DNA of 64,000 nt from a virus. Lineage: Duplodnaviria; Heunggongvirae; Uroviricota; Caudoviricetes. Shown piece by piece: positions 50,671 through 59,389 of the stretch. The DNA lies in IMG/VR virus record IMGVR_UViG_2875713109_000001; one strand, given 5' to 3'. Position 1 is the first letter of the stretch. Each line of letters opens with the position of its first letter. The notes under the pieces were generated by a model, which did not search any database, was not told the origin of the DNA, and worked only from the letters and a program-made list of their open reading frames with translations. The position numbers were made by a program, and so were the translations under genes.

Positions 50671-51063
50671 TTATTCTACGCTTTCGATAAGAAGACCATG
50701 TTCATAACATTTAAGCTCATCGCCTTCGTACAGGAATTGGTATCCAATACCACCATTTTCATGGACATTAGGGAATAACTCATAACTCACTGAAGAGCAA
50801 ATCACACCAATGCAGCGATCAACGCCTTCTCGTCCTTCAGTGCTGAAAAAATCCTCTTCGGTAAGAACATGAGTACATTGCTCATCAGCATAGGTCGGAA
50901 ATACATGCTCGATGCAATCCGGGTGTTTTAAACCAAGCTGATCGGCAAGCTCGAAAGCATGACGGTATTGTTCAGATCCTGGCTTGCCAACAGTGATGTG
51001 CTCAATTTTGTAGATTGAAGTCGCTTTGTTGATAGTTTTCTTTACTGTTACTTTATCAGACAT
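50671..51063 (-). CDS. hypothetical protein
   Basis: 130 aa, ATG start. Confidence 0.4.
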   Translation of the reverse strand: MSDKVTVKKTINKATSIYKIEHITVGKPGSEQYRHAFELADQLGLKHPDCIEHVFPTYADEQCTHVLTEEDFFSTEGREGVDRCIGVICSSVSYELFPNVHENGGIGYQFLYEGDELKCYEHGLLIESVE

Positions 51064-51074
51064 AAAAATCCCTT

Positions 51075-51407
51075 TTAGTTACCTCTGATAGCGCGGTTGT
51101 AATCATTAACGTTGCGATTCTTCCTGTTAATCCCCATCAGCATCGTTTCTGTATCGAGGATATACGCTGGCAGATCATCAAAATATTCACTGCTAAACTC
51201 TGGCATCCTGCACATAAATGCACTTTTGGGGGCAGGGTGGTTAACCTTTGTCGGCGTCGGCGTTAAATTCGGTGATCGACTGCCGGAGCAACCGCTGAGT
51301 GTCAGCAGGAATGCGCTGGCGAACATTACCCGCCGCAACCAGTTGTTTCTGAACTTCAGCTTTTCGTTCCATTTGCCTGTCAGCATATTTGGCTTGTTCT
51401 GATTCAT
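51075..51407 (-). CDS. Pro-rich lipoprotein, candidate o-spanin (Rz1-like) overlapping the 3' end of the upstream gene
   Basis: Lipobox LTLSGC then SGSRSPNLTPTPTKVNHPAP; candidate ATGs at 51407 (SD AGGAAG), 51386, 51326. Confidence 0.45.
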   Translation of the reverse strand: MNQNKPNMLTGKWNEKLKFRNNWLRRVMFASAFLLTLSGCSGSRSPNLTPTPTKVNHPAPKSAFMCRMPEFSSEYFDDLPAYILDTETMLMGINRKNRNVNDYNRAIRGN

Positions 51408-51663
51408 TTTTCACTTCCTGGCTGTGAAAATGTTGCTCTGCTTTGTTCATCGTCTCAATGGTCTGGTTAAGATCCATTATTGACTTATCACGTTCCTTAA
51501 CAGCCTGATCAAGACTGCCAATTTTCTCCATGGCTTGCTTTAGCTGATGACGTTCCCATGCAAACCCAGCACCAACAAGTGTGCAAATCAGAACAAGAAC
51601 ACCAGTAGCAGCAAGTTTCTCCTTCAAAGACAAAGCTGTTTTTAACGTAGAAAAGAATGACAT
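51241..51663 (-). CDS. membrane-anchored coiled-coil protein, candidate i-spanin (Rz-like)
   Basis: ATG at 51663 with SD AGGAGGAAG; TM AATGVLVLICTLVGAGFAW then Q/E/K-rich coiled coil. Confidence 0.5.
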   Translation of the reverse strand: MSFFSTLKTALSLKEKLAATGVLVLICTLVGAGFAWERHQLKQAMEKIGSLDQAVKERDKSIMDLNQTIETMNKAEQHFHSQEVKNESEQAKYADRQMERKAEVQKQLVAAGNVRQRIPADTQRLLRQSITEFNADADKG

Positions 51664-51702
51664 GTCTTCCTCCTGAAGAAAAATTATCAATGAAGTCCTT
51701 TG

Positions 51703-52491
51703 TTACTGTGCCGCTTTGTTTAATTCATCAAGAACAGAATCAGGAACCAAAGCGGCAACTGCGCTGGCTGTGCTGACCTTATTTGCTGATGCTTCCGCAA
51801 GCGCGGTACCGATAGCATGGTTATAAGCAGTTATGGCTACGTTGGCGCTTTCATTCGCTCGTTCATACTGCTGTTGTAACGCAGTTGTGGGCGCTGTTGT
51901 CTGGTTGAAAACAACCCCAAACTGTTCAGTTGCTACTTTCAGAGATTCAATTTGCTCTTCTGTTAGTGCTGGTGGGGGAGTGGCAGTGCCGCCGCCTGAA
52001 CCAGAGCCTGACGAGCTTCCTGAGCCAGTGTTAAGGGTCTGGTTAATCTCCCCCATAGCAGCGACTAAACTTGATGTATTAAGCGCGTTAACAGCGTCCT
52101 CAAGCGATTTAGTAATATTCACATCACCAATGGCAATAGAGATCGGCAGTTCTGAAACTTCTCGCTCATTAGCACGGCAGTAAACATCCCAACCAATATC
52201 GAGTTGAAGCAGCATTGACAGATCTGCATAACCAGCCAACAGGTCCGCGTGCTTAGTTGCCAGTTCTCCAATGTTCGTTAAGCCAGTTGTGGTTGTTCTG
52301 ATCGTTGAAACATAGCTGGTAATAGTGTCGGGATAGACAATTGTATCCAGAATTAATCCGGTCAATTCTTCTGCAAGCAGTTTTGCTGTGTTAGCACTGT
52401 TTCGTGCCGATGTTATGGCACCAGGTGTTTTCATCCCACCGGCGGCGGCCAATTTTTTATATGCGGATAACTGGTAGTCTTTTTCCAGCAT
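51703..52491 (-). CDS. hypothetical protein with Ser/Gly linker
   Basis: ATG at 52491 with SD AGGAGAT; track frame opens at 52548. Confidence 0.45.
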   Translation of the reverse strand: MLEKDYQLSAYKKLAAAGGMKTPGAITSARNSANTAKLLAEELTGLILDTIVYPDTITSYVSTIRTTTTGLTNIGELATKHADLLAGYADLSMLLQLDIGWDVYCRANEREVSELPISIAIGDVNITKSLEDAVNALNTSSLVAAMGEINQTLNTGSGSSSGSGSGGGTATPPPALTEEQIESLKVATEQFGVVFNQTTAPTTALQQQYERANESANVAITAYNHAIGTALAEASANKVSTASAVAALVPDSVLDELNKAAQ

Positions 52492-52499
52492 GATATCTC

Positions 52500-52784
52500 C
52501 TAACTTACCTGAACCAGGCCGTCTCCGGACGCTACGGTAGATCCGCATGAAACAGGGTCACCAACGCATACGATCCCTTTACCATTGACGGTAAACCATG
52601 CCCTGGTTGATATAGCTTGCCCACCGTGCGTACTGTTTCCATCGGTATGCTGTGCATATTGCTTACCATCAACTAACACTTCGACTCCGTTGACTTTAAG
52701 TAGTGGTTCACTCTCTACAGGAGGCCTGGATGGGAATCCTCCGTGCCCCGAACAAATGCTGTCTTTTGTTGCAATACTTGCCAC
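52500..52784 (-). CDS. small Gly/Cys/His-containing protein, possibly PAAR-like
   Basis: GTG start with SD GGTGA; no internal Met; TVNGKGIVCVGDPVSCG segment. Confidence 0.3.
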   Translation of the reverse strand: MASIATKDSICSGHGGFPSRPPVESEPLLKVNGVEVLVDGKQYAQHTDGNSTHGGQAISTRAWFTVNGKGIVCVGDPVSCGSTVASGDGLVQVS

Positions 52785-52864
52785 GTCATCACCAATTATT
52801 TGCTCTGGTTTTCGTTATTTTAACTTAGGTTACTTGTGGTCTACATGGTGTTAACTATTAAATA

Positions 52865-52881
52865 ATTGCTCTAATAAATAT
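52865..52881 (+). promoter_or_regulatory. C1 operator-like site ATTGCTCTAATAAATAT
   Basis: 16/17 match; upstream of the rdgC-dmt operon. Confidence 0.5.
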
Positions 52882-52952
52882 TGTTTTTTATGTCGTGTTT
52901 TCGGTACCATTCAGCCATCGCCCTTCAATGGGTATTTGTTTGGAGTCGTCAG

Positions 52953-53237
52953 ATGCAGATGGAGCTAATAAGCCGCAAAGAGTTCGATAGCCGTGTAACC
53001 AGCGGTGAACTCGACAACTTGCAGGCTATCAAGGTGAAAGAAGGCTTTTGCCTCATTGGGAATCAGAGCGGAACAAATCGCGTTTTTATGCTTCGCCGTA
53101 CGGATTTGAAGCCATTTGTCTGGAAGAACGAAATTGGTCCCAGCTCATACGCTCAAACTAGGGGGTGCCTCAACCTGGCCTTTTTCTACAAAAACGAGCT
53201 TTCTGTGGTTGATATTCAAGGGTTACAACATGTTTAA
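52953..53237 (+). CDS. small hypothetical protein upstream of rdgC-like gene
   Basis: ATG 52953 with SD GGAG; track frame opens at 52881. Confidence 0.35.
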   Translation: MQMELISRKEFDSRVTSGELDNLQAIKVKEGFCLIGNQSGTNRVFMLRRTDLKPFVWKNEIGPSSYAQTRGCLNLAFFYKNELSVVDIQGLQHV

Positions 53238-54135
53238 GCACTGGAAAAACATTACTATTTTTAAACTTTCTCGTGAGGCGGATCTGACCGACTTGGAAGA
53301 TAAAAAGAAAATGATCCTTTTCACGCCATGCGGTAGTCAGGATATGGCCAAGTTCGGTTTTGTATCTCCATTTGGTGATAATTCCGAAGTTATCGCTATG
53401 CATGGAAATGGTTTTATCCTTGTTGAAGCAAAGCGCGAAACAAAAATTCTTCCCCCGCCGGTTATCCAGCGAGCTATTCAAGAAAAAATTGAAAAACTCG
53501 AGCAAGAACAAGCGCGTAAACTGAAGAAAACAGAGAAGGACTCCCTGAAAGACGAAGTTCTGCATTCTCTTCTGCCACGGGCTTTTTCAAAGTTCTCTGT
53601 TATCCAGGCGATCTACGACGGTTCAACTAAACGTATCTATATCAATGCCAGCGCGCGGCAGGCAGAGGATATGCTCGCGCTTATGCGTAAATCTCTGGGT
53701 TCTCTTCCTGTTGTTCCCCTAAGTGTTGAAAATCCCATTGAATTAACGCTGACCGACTGGGTACGTGATGGTAGTGCTCCACAGGGATTTCAAATGGGGG
53801 ATGCGGCAGAACTTAAGGCAGTGCTTGAGGATGGCGGTATTGCCCGAGTGAAAAAGCAGGACTTGGGAAGTGATGAAATATCCACACACCTGGAAGCTGG
53901 CAAGCTCGTCACTAAGTTGGCACTCGACTGGCAGAACCGCATTAAATTTACACTGGACCATAACTTCAGCCTTACCAGCGTCAAATTTGCGGATGAATTG
54001 CTTGAGCAGAACGCTGATATTGATAGTGAAGATGTTGCGCAGCGACTGGACGCAGATTTCTTCCTGTTGACCAGTGAAATTTCGTGCCTGGTTGATGCTC
54101 TGGTAAATGCCCTTGGTGGAGAGGCTAAGCAGTGA
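53230..54135 (+). CDS. RdgC-like recombination-associated protein
   Basis: N-terminus [20 protein letters not shown]...[19 protein letters not shown] resembles E. coli RdgC; ATG overlaps upstream stop. Confidence 0.75.
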   Translation: MFKHWKNITIFKLSREADLTDLEDKKKMILFTPCGSQDMAKFGFVSPFGDNSEVIAMHGNGFILVEAKRETKILPPPVIQRAIQEKIEKLEQEQARKLKKTEKDSLKDEVLHSLLPRAFSKFSVIQAIYDGSTKRIYINASARQAEDMLALMRKSLGSLPVVPLSVENPIELTLTDWVRDGSAPQGFQMGDAAELKAVLEDGGIARVKKQDLGSDEISTHLEAGKLVTKLALDWQNRIKFTLDHNFSLTSVKFADELLEQNADIDSEDVAQRLDADFFLLTSEISCLVDALVNALGGEAKQ

Positions 54136-56396
54136 AAGAGCTGTGCTATGGATCTGTTTGCAGTGGAATTGAAGCCGCGAGTATTGCCTGGGAACCGTTG
54201 GGTATGCGTCCGGCGTGGTTTGCTGAAATCGAGCCTTTTCCATCTGCCGTTCTTGCGCACCGCTGGCCCCATGTCGCCAACCTTGGCGACATGACAAAAC
54301 TTGCCAAAAAAGTCCTGGCTGGGGAAATCGAATCCCCTGATGTGCTCGTCGGGGGAACACCTTGTCAGGCATTCAGTATCGCTGGATTACGTGGTGGGCT
54401 TGATGATGAGCGTGGCGCGCTAACTTTAAAGTATGTGGAGCTTGCAAATGCAATTGACGACAAACGGGCTGAGTCATTTCTCAAACCAGCCGTTATCGTC
54501 TGGGAAAATGTCCCAGGAGTCTTGTCATCGGCAGATAACGCCTTCGGATGTTTCCTTGCCGGATTGGCTGGAGAAGATGCGCCATTTGAACCAGGTGATC
54601 GACCTGAATCAGGAAAAAGTAACGCGTTCTGGCGGTGGGATGGCAAAACCGGTTGCCATGCTCCAAAGTGGCCGCAGTGTGGTTGTATTTATGGACCGCA
54701 GCGAAAGGTGGCCTGGAGAATCCTTGATGCCCAATACTTCGGAGTGGCACAACGACGCCGACGCGTGTTTGTTGTCGCAAGTGCTCGAACAGACCTCGAT
54801 CCCGCAACGGTACTTTTTGAGTTCGAAGGCGTGCGCCGGGATATTGCGCCGAGCCGAAAAAAGAAGGAAATCGCTTCCGCCATTATTGCAAATGGCGCTG
54901 CAATCAGTGGCGAAAGCCTAAATCCATGCCTACATGCTGACATGCCACCCGGTATGAAATCGACGAAAGCCGTAAACGCTTTCAGGATGGCAGCATTTGG
55001 GGAATATATTGACGATGAAACCGCATCGACAGTAAAGGCAAGAGATTTTAAAGATGCCACTGACCTTGCCGTTTTTAGCAGCACAGGAGCAGCTTTTTGG
55101 TCAGAAGGGCATGGTACATTGCGGGCACGTGAGCAAGAAAGCCATGAGCATCTTGTTACATTGGCTTTTCCTGAGCGTATGAGCGGTACACAACATGCTG
55201 CAACTAAGAATACTTCACCATCTCTAATGGCTAAAAATCCAACAGCTGTTTGCTATGAAGTAAGAAACGCAGAAGTAGCTGTCCGCCGTCTTACCCCTGT
55301 CGAATGTGAAAGGCTGCAAGGTTTTCCTGATGGGCATACGTTGATCCCGACGGAAAAGCGTAAAAAAGTTAGTTCAGATGAACTGGCATATCTTCGCAAT
55401 CACTATCCAGATTTAAGCGAAGAAGAGGCCGTGATGCTTGCAGCTGACGGACCGCGTTACAAAGCGATCGGCAATAGTATGGCAATACCAGTAATGCGCT
55501 GGATTGGCGATCGGATTACTAAGGCCGTATGTCGGCAGAAAGAAGGAAGTGAAACAAAAGAGCGAAAAGTTAAACCAGCGGCAGAATTCGAACGGTCCAT
55601 ATTCAAATGGGCTGGTGGAAAATTTGGTGTTCTGGAACAAATCTTTCGCTATTTGCCAGAAGGGAAGCGCCTGATTGAACCTTTCGTTGGTGGCGGAGCT
55701 GTCTTCATGAATGCCGGATACCAGGAAAATCTGCTAAATGATGTGAATGCTGACCTGATTAACTTTTACAAGACTCTGCAACGCGAGGCGCATTCACTTA
55801 TCACTCTGGCACATCGTTTTTTCCTGGACTACAACACCCAGGAGGGATACTTGGCAGTACGGAATGCGTTTAACAAACAAGTCTATGATGATTTACATCG
55901 CGCAGCGGCGTTTTTGTTCCTGAACCGACATTGTTTTAACGGATTGACGCGTTACAACCAGGCCGGTGAGTTCAATGTCGGTTATGGGAAGTATAAAACT
56001 CCGTATTTCCCATTACAGGAGATGGAAGCCTTCCTCGGTGCGGAAGGGCGGTCTGAGTTTGTATGCGGTGATTTTGCAGCGGTGATTGAAGCTGCCGGAG
56101 AAGGAGATGTCATCTTTTGCGATCCGCCGTATGAACCGCTCCCCAATACAGAGGGGTTCACGAACTATTCCGGTCATGACTTTAAGTTTGAAGAGCAAAA
56201 ACGCCTGGTGTCTCTGTTGACGGATGCTCATCGTCGAGGTGCAAAGGTTCTCATTACTAACAGTGGCGCGCCAAACATCAGAGAGCTTTATCATGACAGT
56301 GGCTTCAGAGTGGAACCTCTTTTTGCCAGACGTTCTGTGTCTTGTAAGGGGGACACTCGAGGTGTAGCTCATGACGTTTTGGGTATATTGCTCTAA
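54132..56396 (+). CDS. dmt: bifunctional DNA methyltransferase: N-terminal C5-cytosine (Dcm-like) + C-terminal N6-adenine (Dam-like)
   Basis: 754 aa; [11 protein letters not shown] and VIVWENVPG (C5 MTase); [13 protein letters not shown]...[12 protein letters not shown] and FCDPPYEP (Dam-like); GTG start with SD GGAGG. Confidence 0.9.
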   Translation: MKELCYGSVCSGIEAASIAWEPLGMRPAWFAEIEPFPSAVLAHRWPHVANLGDMTKLAKKVLAGEIESPDVLVGGTPCQAFSIAGLRGGLDDERGALTLKYVELANAIDDKRAESFLKPAVIVWENVPGVLSSADNAFGCFLAGLAGEDAPFEPGDRPESGKSNAFWRWDGKTGCHAPKWPQCGCIYGPQRKVAWRILDAQYFGVAQRRRRVFVVASARTDLDPATVLFEFEGVRRDIAPSRKKKEIASAIIANGAAISGESLNPCLHADMPPGMKSTKAVNAFRMAAFGEYIDDETASTVKARDFKDATDLAVFSSTGAAFWSEGHGTLRAREQESHEHLVTLAFPERMSGTQHAATKNTSPSLMAKNPTAVCYEVRNAEVAVRRLTPVECERLQGFPDGHTLIPTEKRKKVSSDELAYLRNHYPDLSEEEAVMLAADGPRYKAIGNSMAIPVMRWIGDRITKAVCRQKEGSETKERKVKPAAEFERSIFKWAGGKFGVLEQIFRYLPEGKRLIEPFVGGGAVFMNAGYQENLLNDVNADLINFYKTLQREAHSLITLAHRFFLDYNTQEGYLAVRNAFNKQVYDDLHRAAAFLFLNRHCFNGLTRYNQAGEFNVGYGKYKTPYFPLQEMEAFLGAEGRSEFVCGDFAAVIEAAGEGDVIFCDPPYEPLPNTEGFTNYSGHDFKFEEQKRLVSLLTDAHRRGAKVLITNSGAPNIRELYHDSGFRVEPLFARRSVSCKGDTRGVAHDVLGILL

Positions 56397-56403
56397 TAAA
56401 TTA
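56387..56403 (+). promoter_or_regulatory. C1 operator-like site ATTGCTCTAATAAATTA overlapping the dmt stop codon
   Basis: 16/17 match; encodes the last codons of dmt. Confidence 0.5.
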
Positions 56404-56577
56404 ATTAGTGTAATATCGCCTCAATGAATCGTGATTTATAGAGCGATTTAGCTGTTAGCCGCGACAGGCGCGGCGGTAAGCATGGCTGGGCCTAGTCCTC
56501 CCAGACAAACCACCGAGTTGCCAGGTTGACCATGCGCCTAAGTGGCAACGCCGAAGTGCGTTACGAGCTTCCAGTTT

Positions 56578-56603
56578 GCCCATCTTCGGGTGGGCGTTTT
56601 TTT
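56578..56603 (+). terminator. intrinsic terminator GCCCA-tcttcggg-TGGGC-GTTTTTTT
   Basis: GC stem followed by T7 run. Confidence 0.6.
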
Positions 56604-57069
56604 CAGGGTTTTCGTCATGGTTAGCGACTTTGCGGCGGTTTAGAAACTGACCATTAAAGTAAATGCAAACGATGATCTGATGATGGTAGCGGCCTAAGAA
56701 ACCAGATGCCACGGGGTATGAGTCGTCCCCCGTCAAAAAAATCGACCGCAGAGTGTCCCCGTCTGTGTATTAGGGAACGGGGAGGCACAACAGGTAAGGG
56801 CGCTGGTGTGATTAACCAGATGAACGAGAAGGGGCCATCTGTTGGTCAGCGTCCTTTCCTGTTGCGTTTTCTTTTCAGCGTAACAGCGGTGCTTAACAGC
56901 ACTTTGGGTACAGTTCCACGAATTTACGGGTATATCCCGTCATGCTGAAGGCGCTAATCACGCTGGAAGCCAGGGTTGTGCATCCCCTGTTACCGAATTG
57001 CAGCCAGGGCGCGGTGCGCCGAAAAGCATACGGAGGTGGAAGCCCTCGCCGGAGACGTACCCGGCAAGT

Positions 57070-57145
57070 GATGGTGTAGCTCAGCGGTTAGAGCGGTTGA
57101 CTGTTAATCAACGGGTCGATGGTTCAAATCCATCCACCATCGCCA
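57070..57145 (+). tRNA. tRNA-Asn (anticodon GTT)
   Basis: Full cloverleaf read by hand: acceptor GATGGTG/CACCATC, anticodon loop CTGTTAA, T-arm GATGG-TTCAAAT-CCATC, encoded CCA. Confidence 0.9.
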
Positions 57146-57147
57146 AT

Positions 57148-57223
57148 GCCGGTTTAGCTCAGTTGGTAGAGCGCCTGCCTTGTAAGCAGGATGTCAGCGG
57201 TTCGAGTCCGTTAATCGGCACCA
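57148..57223 (+). tRNA. tRNA-Thr (anticodon TGT)
   Basis: Acceptor GCCGGTT/AATCGGC, D-arm GCTCAGTTGGTAGAGC, anticodon loop CTTGTAA, T-loop TTCGAGT, encoded CCA. Confidence 0.9.
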
Positions 57224-57227
57224 GCAC

Positions 57228-57318
57228 AACAGGTAAGGGTATTTTGCGACGCCGGAGATCGCCGAGCTTGGCAGAGGGTTCGAATCCCTACGAAGTACCC
57301 TTACCGTTGTGATGAAGT
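57228..57318 (+). ncRNA. tRNA-like hairpin element A
   Basis: 17-bp inverted repeat CACAACAGGTAAGGGTA / TACCCTTACCGTTGTG enclosing AGGGTTCGAATCCCT (canonical T-arm). Confidence 0.35.
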
Positions 57319-57444
57319 GCAGCTCTTTGAAGCAACCAGAAGATAAGCATCTGGCTTCACAACATAAACCGCAGGAACGACCAATAAACGGTAGTCCGTA
57401 TGGAGAACACCCCGTTGAGGAAGAGGCCTGGCCGGAACCGTAAC

Positions 57445-57557
57445 CGGCACTACAACGTTGAGAACACTGGCGTAACGGGGTCATATCCCAATCTACGAAT
57501 AAATGTTGCGTTGCAGCGTGACAACCAGTGTTCTCAACATTGTGGTGAATGCACAGG
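57445..57557 (+). ncRNA. tRNA-like hairpin element B
   Basis: 18-bp inverted repeat CAACGTTGAGAACACTGG / CCAGTGTTCTCAACATTG enclosing ACGGGGTCATATCCCAATCTAC. Confidence 0.35.
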
Positions 57558-57722
57558 CTGATGTGCCGCAACTACAGTAGTGCGCGCTTTGCGGGGCTTG
57601 CTACAACCCTGTGTCGGAGTTCAGCACCGACCATCACAGTTTGATTCTCTGGCATGAGCATAACGCTGAAATAAGTCCAGTCTGGTGCGGCCCGATCACC
57701 CGCCGTTAGCTCCACGAAACGG

Positions 57723-57815
57723 AGCACGTAACAGGTAAGAGCATTCTCCTGTAACGGGTTCATATCCCAATCTACAGGTCCACCAAGAATGCTCTTTCCG
57801 TTGCGGTGAATGCGG
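57723..57815 (+). ncRNA. tRNA-like hairpin element C
   Basis: Inverted repeat AAGAGCATTCT / AGAATGCTCTT enclosing ACGGGTTCATATCCCAATCTAC; 5' ACAGGTAAG and 3' CCGTTGCGGTGAATGC shared with A/B. Confidence 0.35.
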
Positions 57816-57955
57816 CTAAGCGCACGCGGGGAAATGGTTATATCAGTCCATTCATTTCTCCTTGTTTCCCCGTCCACGGTGGATAACCAGCCAAAGGACA
57901 CCGGGAGGCACCCGGCACCGCAGCTTTTTTATTCGTTAAATAATGGAGTGAGAGG

Positions 57956-58192
57956 ATGCAGAACAATCCGAACAAATGTCGAACGCTATGGGTGCGGTTA
58001 TATATTTATGCCGTCCTCTGTTTGATTGTGTCACTGGTTCTGTATGTTTGGCTTTTGCCAAATATGATCTCATCTAACAGCACAATACTTGTATTGTTGG
58101 GAGTCCTTCTCGCGCTCATTTACCCGGCTTTCGCAGTAGTCTTTTTTCGTGAAAAAACCAGGAAATTAATTAATGAAAAAAACGTTGATTAG
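57956..58192 (+). CDS. small two-helix membrane protein coupled to SPFH lipoprotein
   Basis: 78 aa; ATG with SD GGAGTGAGAGG; overlaps downstream start. Confidence 0.45.
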   Translation: MQNNPNKCRTLWVRLYIYAVLCLIVSLVLYVWLLPNMISSNSTILVLLGVLLALIYPAFAVVFFREKTRKLINEKNVD

Positions 58193-59000
58193 TGCAGCGA
58201 TTATTTTGGGTTCTTTATGTCTGACCGGATGCGATCGGGTAGAGCCAGGTAACGTAGGGATCAAAGTAAATAAGCTGGGGGATGATAAAGGTATCGGTGA
58301 AGTAGTTGGCGTTGGTCGCTACTGGACAGGCTTGAATACTGAAGTTTATATCTTCCCGACCTTTAAGCAAATGAAGACATACGATGAGCCGTTCAGCTTC
58401 CAGATGAGCGACGGAACAACCATTGGTTACCACATCGGCGTAGCCTACAAGGTTGATCCAGCAAAAGTCACAACGGTATTTCAGACCTATCGCAAAGGTG
58501 TAGATGATATTACTGATACCGATCTACGCCAGAAGGTTGCAGATGCTCTGAACCGGTTAGCCAGCAAAATGACCACCGACAAATTTATCGACGGTGGCAA
58601 ATCTGAATTGCTTGATGCAGCCCTTAAAGACATTCAGGAAGAAATGACGCCAATCGGCATTCAGGTGATGAGCCTCTCTTATGTAGGTAAGCCAGAATAC
58701 CCGCCAACAGTTATTGACAGTATTAACGCCAAAGTCACGGCAAACCAAAAAACCCTGCAACGCGAGCAAGAGGTCAAACAACGTGAAGCAGAGGCCAACA
58801 TGCTGCGCGCGGAAGCTGCCGGACAGGCTGATGCTATTCGCACAAAAGCCCAGGCCGAAGCTGATGCCATTCGTTTACGTGGTGAAGCTCTGCGCCAGAA
58901 CCCCGGTGTTATGGAGTTGGAAGCGATCAACAAATGGAACGGTACATTACCGCAGTATATGACCAGTAATACCGCTGTTCCGTTTGTTCCGGTGAAATAA
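58173..59000 (+). CDS. SPFH/band-7 (prohibitin-like) lipoprotein
   Basis: Lipobox LCLTGC; SPFH-like core; C-terminal coiled coil QREQEVKQREAEANMLRAEAAGQADAIR. Confidence 0.7.
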   Translation: MKKTLISAAIILGSLCLTGCDRVEPGNVGIKVNKLGDDKGIGEVVGVGRYWTGLNTEVYIFPTFKQMKTYDEPFSFQMSDGTTIGYHIGVAYKVDPAKVTTVFQTYRKGVDDITDTDLRQKVADALNRLASKMTTDKFIDGGKSELLDAALKDIQEEMTPIGIQVMSLSYVGKPEYPPTVIDSINAKVTANQKTLQREQEVKQREAEANMLRAEAAGQADAIRTKAQAEADAIRLRGEALRQNPGVMELEAINKWNGTLPQYMTSNTAVPFVPVK

Positions 59001-59027
59001 AAGCGTAAGCAAAATTGGCAGTAATCC

Positions 59028-59103
59028 GGCCCTTTAGCTCAGTGGTTAGAGCTGGCGACTCATAATCGCACGGTCACCGGTTCAAGTCCGGTAGGGGCCA
59101 CCA
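59028..59103 (+). tRNA. tRNA-Ile2-like (anticodon CAT, lysidine-type)
   Basis: Near-identical in layout to remembered E. coli ileX: GGCCCTTTAGCTCAGTGGTTAGAGC...CTCATAA...GGTTCAAGTCC...AGGGGCCACCA. Confidence 0.85.
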
Positions 59104-59389
59104 TATTTGGTTGTAACACGGCGTCTGGCACATGCGTCGTTAGCGGTCTGGTGACGTTAAAAGGGGGGAACCTTGCCCCTAGCTCAGGCAACGAACCAGG
59201 TAGCCGGAATGTGCAAGCCACCGTTTGTTGTTTCTCGGGTAAAGGGATTCACCATCCTGGCGATTCGGTGTGACAGCCGGGAAGAGTCCGGCGCATTAAT
59301 CCTGATTTTCTGGTGATGACTCATATCGTTAGGAGTGATTTGAGTATGCCGATTATATCTGACATTCAGCACGCCTGGGTGGAGTGCTA

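Noticed and set aside
53170-54372. Minus-strand ORFs inside the rdgC-like gene
   Set aside because: Antisense to a gene with a recognisable RdgC N-terminus.
56998-57312. 104-aa ORF spanning the tRNA-Asn and tRNA-Thr genes
   Set aside because: Fully overlaps two well-formed tRNA cloverleaves; spurious.
57194-57901. Minus-strand ORFs of 125 and 109 aa over the tRNA-like elements
   Set aside because: Their shared DWDM(T/N)PL peptide is just translation of the repeated conserved hairpin core; no SD; region better explained as non-coding structured elements.
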